Shown here piece after piece: positions 1-6,378 of a stretch of DNA of 7,286 nucleotides. Source of the DNA: Amoebophrya sp. A120 (lineage: Eukaryota; Protista; Dinoflagellata); assembly GCA_905178155.1 (NCBI GenBank), contig CAJINV010000102.1, positions 1 through 7,286 on the forward strand, given 5' to 3'. Each line of letters starts with the position of its first letter. Positions within the stretch are counted from its first letter, which is position 1. The notes under the pieces were generated by a model. The model saw only the letters and a program-made list of their open reading frames with translations. It was not told where the DNA came from and did not search any database. The position numbers and the translations under genes are program-made.

Positions 1-343
1 GACGAGCCTGGATCACCTCTTTTTCCGATCTGAAGTTGTCTATGTGATATTTCGCTGCGTTATTTTTGTGATTTGTATTTAAAAAAAAAAAAAAAGTTGT
101 CATGCAGATTTGCAATGACAGAAACATTTGTGATGCGCATCCCCATGATGGGCATTTCCAGTCGTGTTTTGGAATTTGTAATGCTGTAAACAGGATAAGC
201 AGGTGGATTTGTAATGCGGTTGTGCTTGCTAACCTGCCCTACACTACGACTTCAACTTGTCATGCGTGACTCCCAATACTTCTAGGCTTGTGTTGCGAAA
301 TCCCCATCTTGACTCTGGGGTGGGGATGTTTTTGCTCAGGATA
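1..343. mobile_element. Introner-like element E0, right arm only (left end probably outside the window)
   Basis: Ends ...TTTTTGCTCAGGATA (343), like the E1 right end TTTTGCACAGGATA. The reverse complement AAAAACATCCCCACCCCAGAGTC resembles the E7 left arm AAAAATCCTCCCTCCCCATATC. Five TTGT(C/G/A)ATGC motifs at 97, 127, 175, 208 and 257. An open frame starts immediately after it. Confidence 0.6.
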
Positions 344-1845
344 ACAGCACAGGCGGCTTTACGTGTCACAGCGCACTGCTGAGCTCCACCCGGTTGCTGG
401 ACGAAGAGACGTATGAATTGCAAAAGTATAGATCGTACTAGGAGAAATTGCATCACAAACTTGCGCAGCATTACAAATGGAATTGATCATGCTGATTTAG
501 CTAAGGAAGAACATTTGTCATGCATAACTGCAATCAGTACGACTACGATTGCGACACTTTTGCACAGGATAGGACGTATCTAAATTGGGTGGCCGGCGGC
601 GGGGATGCGCTCGCGTGGACGAGCAGTGTGCGTATTTCGAGCGAGGCCATTTTGAATTACTGCGACGGCCCGGTATGCGGCGACGTGGATATTGAGGCTT
701 GTTGCATGATGTACGATCTGCTACCCGTTTTCCATGAGGAAATTGGAACAGAACAGGCTGGTAGTGGTCCAGCTCCTTCTCCATCTCCTGCTGTGTCCCT
801 TGAGCAAGATGGAACTGATAGTGCACATGACCAAGCGGACCACTCCAAGTCGTCCTCCGCTCTTCTTACAAAAGACCACGAGGATAATGGGAAGAGTGAA
901 GATGCCCCCGTCGATCCGACCGCACCCACTGCGGACCACTTCTACTACTTTTGCGACGACCGCGGAACTATGCACTGCAAAAGCATCGTACTCGTATAAA
1001 TGCATTACAAATTTCCTCAGCATGAGAAATAAAAATTTGTCATGCGGATCACCTTTGGAAAAAAATTTGTAATGCATGACTGCAATTGCTACGATTACGA
1101 TACTTTTGCAGAGCATAGGAACGCCGAATTTCTACATGAGCCAGGCCGGCGCCCAGGAGGCGTGCAATGAGTACGGCACGAGGTGTCACGGGTACTATGC
1201 ATTGCAAATATGTCTGTGTCTGGAAGAGTGCAACTTGTGATGCTGACTTGGGATTCTACACAAATCTGTATTGTGTGAGGAGCAAGAGGATACAATTTCC
1301 AGTTTTTGCTACGGGCATGGGCATCAAGCAGCCCTCACAAAATCTGTGATGCTAGGGCATCCATCACAGAAATCGTGGGTCATGCAAGACGTGCATGACA
1401 AGGCTTGCAATCTTCCAGAGGTGGACCCAGACATATTTCAAATTGATAGGTACCAGCACGACGCCATCTTCGACGAGCTGAAATCAAAGCCGGCTTCTAG
1501 CGCGCTCGGACAGTGGTCTTTGTTATTGACGTACGACCCAGACCTGACAAGGGAGAACATCACGGATTTACCTAACCTTATCCCACGAAAAAACTGTTTC
1601 ACTGTGATGACTTTGCAAGATCACAAGTTTGCTACGCATGACACTGAAAATCTGTCATGCGGGGTTCCCAAGGGAAAACACACCTAGAAATCAACTGTCT
1701 TGCATGTGTAGCATGACACACACTTCTGCGATCCATTTTCTGCATCACAAGTTCACAGTGAGACAGTTTTTTCTTGCGATAAACCTGCCGGTGAGTAACA
1801 TCGAGTATCACGTTGATTGCGCCAAAATCTACTACGATACGAGCA
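344..1845 (+). CDS. Gene A, partial and spliced: join(344-411,577-968,1123-1195,1454-1578,1787-1845); Cys-rich hypothetical protein
   Basis: Removing E1-E4 plus one direct-repeat copy each gives 238 stop-free codons: STGGFTCHSALLSSTRLLDEET|YLNWVAGGG...YCDGPVCGDVDIEACC...YYFCDDRGT|PNFYMSQAGAQEACNEYGTRCHGY|QHDAIFDEL...TDLPNL|PVSNIEYHVDCAKIYYDTS. Start and stop are not visible. Exact junctions can slide within the direct repeats. Confidence 0.8.
412..571. mobile_element. Introner-like fold-back element E1 (160 bp, family 1)
   Basis: TATGAATTGCAAAAGT...ACTTTTGCACAGGATA, flanked by AGACG (407-411) and GGACG (572-576). Contains an in-frame TAG at 439-441. Homologous to E2 along its length. Confidence 0.8.
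969..1117. mobile_element. Introner-like fold-back element E2 (149 bp, family 1)
   Basis: Left arm TATGCACTGCAAAAGCATCGTACTCGTA versus reverse complement of right arm TATGCTCTGCAAAAGTATCGTAATCGTA (25/28). Perfect direct repeat GGAAC at 964-968 and 1118-1122. Confidence 0.9.
1196..1448. mobile_element. Introner-like fold-back element E3 (253 bp, family 2)
   Basis: TATGCATTGCAAATATGTCTGTGTCTGGAAGA...TCTTCCAGAGGTGGACCCAGACATATTTCAAATTGATA. Perfect direct repeat GGTAC at 1191-1195 and 1449-1453. Can be read as a GT-AG intron 1192-1449. Confidence 0.9.
1579..1781. mobile_element. Introner-like fold-back element E4 (203 bp, family 4)
   Basis: Left arm TATCCCACGAAAAAACTGTTTCACTGTGA versus reverse complement of right arm TATCGCAAGAAAAAACTGTCTCACTGTGA (26/29). 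Perfect direct repeat AACCT at 1574-1578 and 1782-1786. Confidence 0.9.
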
Positions 1846-1968
1846 TATCAACTGCAAATATGTCTGGGTCTGAAAGATTGCAGGAGTTTGTCATGCATCT
1901 TCTGGATCACGCAACTGGTCTCTAAGGCACGCAAAAGCATTACAGGTTTTGCGCAGGCCTCCTGATGT
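1846..1968. mobile_element. Introner-like element E5, left part only (family 2), interrupted
   Basis: TATCAACTGCAAATATGTCTGGGTCTGAAAGATTGCA matches the E3/E6 arms, with motif copies near 1887 and 1937. No matching right arm or ATA|GAGCA before the gap. Right boundary is approximate. Confidence 0.7.
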
Positions 1969-1971
1969 CTA

Positions 1972-2060
1972 TCCCGCATGATCTGGTAACCAAAGCGCTC
2001 TTTGCGAGATGCTCATCCATCGCAAACGCAGCGCGAAGGCTTTGCCGTTACCATATGGGA
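1972..2060. other. Long imperfect hairpin
   Basis: Nested complementary blocks TGGTAAC/GTTACCA (1984-1990, 2047-2053), CAAAGC/GCTTTG (1991-1996, 2039-2044), TTTGCGA/TCGCAAA (2001-2007, 2020-2026) and TCCC/GGGA. Confidence 0.6.
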
Positions 2061-2425
2061 GGAACTCGGGGGTATGCAACCACTGGCAAAATCGGGCATT
2101 ATCAAGTGTGTTCTGCCTTCAGAAAGCGGATCGGGGAAAAGTTGTGGGAATTTCATCGAAAGCAGCCAAAACAGCAATTATCAAGTGGGAAAAGGGTAAA
2201 AAAGAGTACTTTTGCAGCTCCGCCCGGTCTGAATCTGAAAAAAGAGCGCGGCGTTTTCGGCTAGGGCCGATGGTGTGAAGGGTTTTCTAGCGGAAAACGC
2301 GTCACCTCCGGGCAGCTCCAGCCGCTTGAAAATTGAAAAAAAGCGTTGAAAAAATGCAATTTTTCGCAGCATACAAGCGGCCGACAAAATTTACCGATTT
2401 TCTCCAGTCCTAGGAAGCCGCTTGG

Positions 2426-2635
2426 NNNNNNNNNNNNNNNNNNNNNNNNNNNNNNNNNNNNNNNNNNNNNNNNNNNNNNNNNNNNNNNNNNNNNNNNNNN
2501 NNNNNNNNNNNNNNNNNNNNNNNNNNNNNNNNNNNNNNNNNNNNNNNNNNNNNNNNNNNNNNNNNNNNNNNNNNNNNNNNNNNNNNNNNNNNNNNNNNNN
2601 NNNNNNNNNNNNNNNNNNNNNNNNNNNNNNNNNNN
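2426..2635. other. Assembly gap (210 N)
   Basis: Run of N. The true length and content are unknown. Confidence 1.
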
Positions 2636-3120
2636 TTTTTTTGGCGCATTTTGGTCCTCAGAACGGCCAAACTATCTGGAATCGACCTGGCGGATGCGAT
2701 AGCGCCACCGCTCTGCGGACTTGCTCCTGCAAAATCATCGGCGCGCGCCTTGTCGCGCTTCTGCGCCTTTTTGGAGAATTTGCAAAGCGTTGCACTTTTG
2801 CGCCTATTTCGATGGCTTTGCGACCGTTTTTGCTTTAGTTTGCGTCTGTTGGTGCATTTGCGCACCTTTTTGAGCTGATGGGAGCTCTTTTGGCGCATTG
2901 TGGTCCTAAGTACGACCAAACTGTCGGGAGTTAGCTCTACGGGTGCGACAGCGCCAACGCGCTGCGAACCGCTGCAAAATCATAGGCGCGCGCCTTGTTG
3001 CGATTTTGCGCATTTTTGGAGAATGCGCAAAGTGGCGCACTTTTGTGCTTATTTTAAGAAATTTGCGCCCTTTCCGCCTTAGTTTTTGCATTTTGGCAAA
3101 TTTGCGCAATTTTTAGGCTT
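2636..3120. repeat. Tandem repeat A, two diverged ~249-bp units
   Basis: TTGGCGCATT at 2641 and 2890. CTGCAAAATCAT.GGCGCGCGCCTTGT and TTTTTGGAGAAT recur in both units. Confidence 0.9.
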
Positions 3121-3511
3121 AACTAGGTGGCCCCGCCGTGCGCTTTTCCGTTTATTTCGTTCTTTTTGACTTAACAAGGCCTGTTCTGCAGTGAAATGAG
3201 TCGAATTAGCACCAAAAAGGTGCGTTTGTACCTTAAGAAAGTTGGCACTTTTTTTCGAATTTCGCAGCTCTTTGCGAATGTGCCCTTATGCGCACTTACG
3301 TCGTTACTTTCATCAGTTCGCGACTTTTTTCGTTTTTTTGTCGCATTTTCGCACATGGGGGCAATTTTAGCGCTTAACTAAGTGGCCCCGCCGTGCGCTT
3401 TTCCGTCGTTTTTGTTGTTTTTGACTTAACAAGACCAGTTTTGCACTAAAATGACTCGAATTAGCACGAACGGCGTGCGTTTTTACCTTAACAAAATTGG
3501 AATTTTTTTTT
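3106..3511. repeat. Tandem repeat B, ~1.6 units of 255 bp
   Basis: Identical 25-mer GTGGCCCCGCCGTGCGCTTTTCCGT at 3127 and 3382. TTTTTGACTTAACAAG and TCGAATTAGCAC also recur. Confidence 0.9.
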
Positions 3512-3566
3512 CTGATGTGATGCATGTTTGCAATACAAGTTAAAGACGATGCTTTTGCACAGGAGA
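3512..3566. mobile_element. Right-arm remnant of a family-1 introner-like element
   Basis: TGTGATGCATG...ACGATGCTTTTGCACAGGAGA matches the E1/E2 right arms, with AGA in place of the terminal ATA. Coding-like sequence starts immediately after. Confidence 0.65.
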
Positions 3567-4559
3567 GCGTTGAGAAAGGAGGAACTCGAACGGAAACGGG
3601 AGGAGGCGGATATCGAATGCAAATATGTTCTTGGGGTCTGTAAGAATGCGAGATCTGTCATGCAGTTTTTGCCCGACCCAGATCGTCTGGCATGCAAGCT
3701 CTAGCATCACAGATTCTGAGCAGGTAGTACCCCAATGCCTAATCCGCATTACAAATCCCTTCTTTCGGTAACAAGAAACTGCGGCCTTTTGCTAGCCATG
3801 CATGACAGATTTTGCCATGATGTAGCCTGCGCATCACAAATTCGAACTCTTCCAGACCCAGAGATGATATTTGCAATGCATAGCGAAGCGGATCGCGCAA
3901 ATTAAGGCTGCCCAAGAAGCGGTGGAAGCGCAAGAAGGCGAGGGCGCCGGCGGGTTTGAGGCGAAAGCAGCGCCCGAGCCGCCGAACAGTGCAAGGTCGG
4001 ACAGAGGCGGAGCACCCGCGTTCGGTATCAAAGGGAAAAATCCTCCCTCCCCATATCGAAACGAGGTTTCCCATGCTGGATTTGCGTACACAAATCAGGT
4101 CTGTCTTGCTGGAGAGTACTGCCGGCATATGCCAAGCCTGAGGCGAGAGGTTTTGCTGTAGGCGACTAGCATGACGAATGTCTATGCTGTAAGCCCAACA
4201 GCATCACAAACCGCCTGCATAATGCGGCGGACTCTCTGCCTTTGCCTCCTTGCAAGACAGACAGGATTTGTGGCCACAAATCTGCATCACAAATTTTCGG
4301 ACGGAGGCGCTTTCAATATGGGGAGGGGAAATTTTTCGTCACAATATTCGGCGGTGGCTCCTCCGCGTTTCAAGGCGGCAGCAAAGCGGGCTTTGGCGGC
4401 GGCAGTGCGGCGTTCGGCGGTGGGGCGGGCAGTAAGTCGGCGTTTGGCGGCGGCAGTGCGGCGTTTGGCGGCGGGAGTAAGTCGGCTTTTGGAGGGGGAA
4501 AGGCGGCGTTTGGTGGTGGGAGCAAATCGGCGTTCGGAGCCGGAAGCAAGGCGGCGTAG
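3567..4559 (+). CDS. Gene B, 3' part and spliced: join(3567-3610,3888-4025,4352-4559); charged helix plus Gly/Phe low-complexity tail
   Basis: Removing E6 and E7 gives 129 codons plus TAG (4557-4559): ALRKEELERKREEA(K/E)|RIAQIKAAQEAVEAQEGEGAGGFEAKAAPEPPNSARSDRGGAPAFG|GGSSAFQGGSKAGFGGGSAAFGGG...KSAFGAGSKAA*. The AFGGG repeat pattern continues across the E7 junction. Confidence 0.85.
3611..3882. mobile_element. Introner-like fold-back element E6 (272 bp, family 2)
   Basis: TATCGAATGCAAATATGTTCTTGGGGTCTGTAAGA...TCTTCCAGACCCAGAGATGATATTTGCAATGCATA. Flanks GCGGA (3606-3610) and GCGAA (3883-3887), 4/5 identical. Confidence 0.85.
4026..4346. mobile_element. Introner-like fold-back element E7 (321 bp, family 3)
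   Basis: Left TATCAAAGGGAAAAATCCTCCCTCCCCATATCGAAA versus reverse complement of right TATTGTGACGAAAAATTTCCCCTCCCCATATTGAAA. Perfect direct repeat TTCGG at 4021-4025 and 4347-4351. Internal perfect palindrome GATTTGTGGCCACAAATC at 4265-4282. Confidence 0.9.
4347..4556 (+). repeat. Coding low-complexity repeat, about 9 (S/K/A)AFGGG-type units
   Basis: GCGTT(T/C)GGCGG repeats vary mostly at third codon positions in the FGGG frame. Confidence 0.85.
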
Positions 4560-4700
4560 GAGACGGTCCTTTGATTGCATCCAGAGTAAAGATAATTGAT
4601 CAAGAAATGCTAGGAGCAGTTGTTTTTTTTTGAATGGCCATGATGAGCACAAATAGATTCTTGTCGACGGTGAAACAAGCTACCAATAGTTGAAATCGTC

Positions 4701-4749
4701 CTTGTATCGGTTATGGTTTTCGTCGAAAATCGTGACCTAGTCCTATCCT
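4701..4749. repeat. Hairpin repeat R, copy 1 (49 bp)
   Basis: CTTGTATCGGTTATGGTTTTCGTCGAAAATCGTGACCTAGTCCTATCCT, identical to 7238-7286. Confidence 0.97.
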
Positions 4750-4792
4750 CTGCGGGTAGTGTTGCAGTCAGATACGTGCAGCAAGATACATA

Positions 4793-5000
4793 ACCCTCTG
4801 AATCAGGTCGCGGCGCGGAGGTTGCAGCCGCCGGCCACGTGACCGGAGGACCCACTGGCGGCGCCACAGCTGGCGGCGGTTCAAAAAAAAGGGTTAGGGT
4901 CGTAAGGAACGTGCAGGTCGACGGGAATAAGATTCGGCGGGTCGAGGAGTCCGAATCCGAAGAGGGCGACCGGGATGCTGATGGAAAGAAGTTCGGCTGA
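4793..5000 (+). CDS. Probable orphan terminal exon (gene C), 68 codons plus stop
   Basis: Frame 4794-5000 reads PSESGRGAEVAAAGHVTGGPTGGATAGGGSKKRVRVVRNVQVDGNKIRRVEESESEEGDRDADGKKFG*. It is GC-rich, preceded by ...CATA (4792) with an in-frame TAA, has no upstream start codon, and is followed by an AT-rich tract at 5041-5060. Not in the ORF track. Confidence 0.5.
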
Positions 5001-5554
5001 AGGGTGAGAGGTTGTGAGAAGGCCGCTCCGCTTCGAGGGGATTTTATAAATATAAATAAACGTAGTTGGAAGCAAAACTAAATCTGGTCTGAATGCCGAT
5101 CCCATAGTGAGTTTTTATTTTCTGGGCCTTTTCCTATCTTCGTCTTGTTGAGATTTATATAGGGCCCAGAGTCAACATGACTCCACGCACTATTTTTTCA
5201 AGGTTCTAGCACAAGCATTTTTTGAAAATCAACAAACAATTTGTAGTCGAGGCGCTAGTTCTGAAAGTCTCAGTGTGCAAACCAGGCAAAGCCCTTGGTT
5301 TGTAGGTCTCTACGTTTCTAAACAACAAGCGAACCCACTTTGCTGAAAGAAGCAGAATTTTCTCGAGCGCATCGGATGCTTGGGCGCTTTCAGAATTCCA
5401 GGCCAAAAACGATGAGAAGTCAAACTAACAATATGAGTGAAGATTTGCGCGATGAGAAAGCAACATGAAGATTTGCGCTGCGGTGTTGGATTGTGGTCTT
5501 CCTTTTATTTTGTTTGGAATGGGCGCGATATTTTTGCAACGGGAGGGAGGGAGG

Positions 5555-5842
5555 TATCAAGTGCAAATTAATATGTCTGGGTCTCCTGGAAGAGAGCAAA
5601 CGTTCGCCATGTGATTTCTGATGCTGCATGTGCACACAGGTCCTCTTTCATGCATGAAAAGCATTGAAGAGACTCGGTTGGTGTTTCCTAGTGCCTAGCG
5701 TGGGCGGGAAATGACCTCTCCTGGAGACAAAAACAGCACATGCAGAGCTGACAACGCATCACAGATTTCAGTCATTCCAGAATCCGCACCAAGTGCACAA
5801 ATACACTCTTCCAGGCTCGGACATATTAACTTTCGACGCATA
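5555..5842. mobile_element. Fold-back element E8 (288 bp, family 2) without a matching direct repeat
   Basis: TATCAAGTGCAAATTAATATGTCTGGGTCTCCTGGAAGAG...CTCTTCCAGGCTCGGACATATTAACTTTCGACGCATA. Flanks GGAGG and ATGGC do not match. Confidence 0.8.
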
Positions 5843-6057
5843 ATGGCACCCGCTCGGCGTGATGCTTACCGGTCTGCAGGACGACCACGCGGGGGCGACA
5901 CAAAAGTTCATAGAGCACAGGAAACATGCATGAAGTGCGCTCGTATCGTGAGCCGTTTTGTAGGAACATTTTTTATCTTCATTCCAAAAAACAACACAGG
6001 TCCGCTTCCGGGTTCCGACACTCGACACCTTCCGGTCATTTTGCTCAAAATCCAGCA

Positions 6058-6097
6058 GTCATAATGTCATATTGTCATATTGTCATAATGCATATTG
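6058..6097. repeat. 8-bp tandem repeat GTCATA(A/T)T, four copies plus a degenerate fifth
   Basis: GTCATAAT GTCATATT GTCATATT GTCATAAT GCATATT. Confidence 0.85.
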
Positions 6098-6133
6098 CTC
6101 AAAGTGTCGAAATTTTGCTAGTTAATGTAATGT

Positions 6134-6174
6134 GGTTATGGTTTTCGTCGAAAATCGTGACCTAGTCCTATCCT
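6134..6174. repeat. Hairpin repeat R, copy 2 (41 bp)
   Basis: GGTTATGGTTTTCGTCGAAAATCGTGACCTAGTCCTATCCT, identical to 4709-4749 and 7246-7286. Confidence 0.97.
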
Positions 6175-6339
6175 GAAAGCAGACACAACTTTTTTTCAAA
6201 ATCAACGAGGTGGTTCTTCCAAGAACCTTGTTGAACCGAAGGTGGACTTAAAAAATGTTGAAAACAATGTCTTCAAACTGCACACGTTGAAGGCATTGAT
6301 ATGAAATGAACAACACGCATGGCGCTCAAACAGCATGGC

Positions 6340-6378
6340 GCTGCGTAGTACCAAAAGAAACTTTTGGCACTACGCAGC
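6340..6378. other. Near-perfect 18-bp inverted repeat with a 3-nt loop
   Basis: GCTGCGTAGTACCAAAAG-AAA-CTTTTGGCACTACGCAGC, 17/18 paired. Confidence 0.85.

Noticed and set aside
242-250. CACTAC as a CACTA transposon terminus
   Set aside because: No matching inverted terminus. GTAGTG at 761, 4756 and 6697 does not extend, and the elements here end TAT/ATA with 5-bp, not 3-bp, duplications.
566-575. AGGATAGGAC matching the reverse complement of the R tail
   Set aside because: A 10-bp match formed by the E1 end plus its flank, with no further extension, so it is plausibly chance.
244-1116. Minus-strand ORFs sharing MLRKFVM (244-471, 721-1116) and MHCK/MLCK peptides in several ORFs
   Set aside because: These are translations of the repeated element arms, not paralogous proteins.
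1791-1796. Consensus donor GTGAGT inside exon 1787-1845
   Set aside because: It would leave an exon of only a few bases, and the frame stays open and protein-like up to the TAT of E5. cDNA is needed to exclude it fully.
2346-3381. ORFs across the gap and the tandem repeats
   Set aside because: They are open only because of Ns or low-complexity repeat sequence.
1841-3571. Genes A and B as one gene joined through GAGCA/GAGCG
   Set aside because: The join puts gene B out of frame and reaches TAA shortly after E6, and the arms are from different families. Missing exons in the gap cannot be excluded.
4171-4652. Arg/Ala-rich and Pro-rich ORFs overlapping the FGGG exon
   Set aside because: They are shadow frames of the GC-rich coding repeat. 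Third-position variation and the splice junction support the FGGG frame.
4891-4899. GGGTTAGGG telomere-like word
   Set aside because: Only 1.5 units, and it lies inside a probable exon (RVRV codons).
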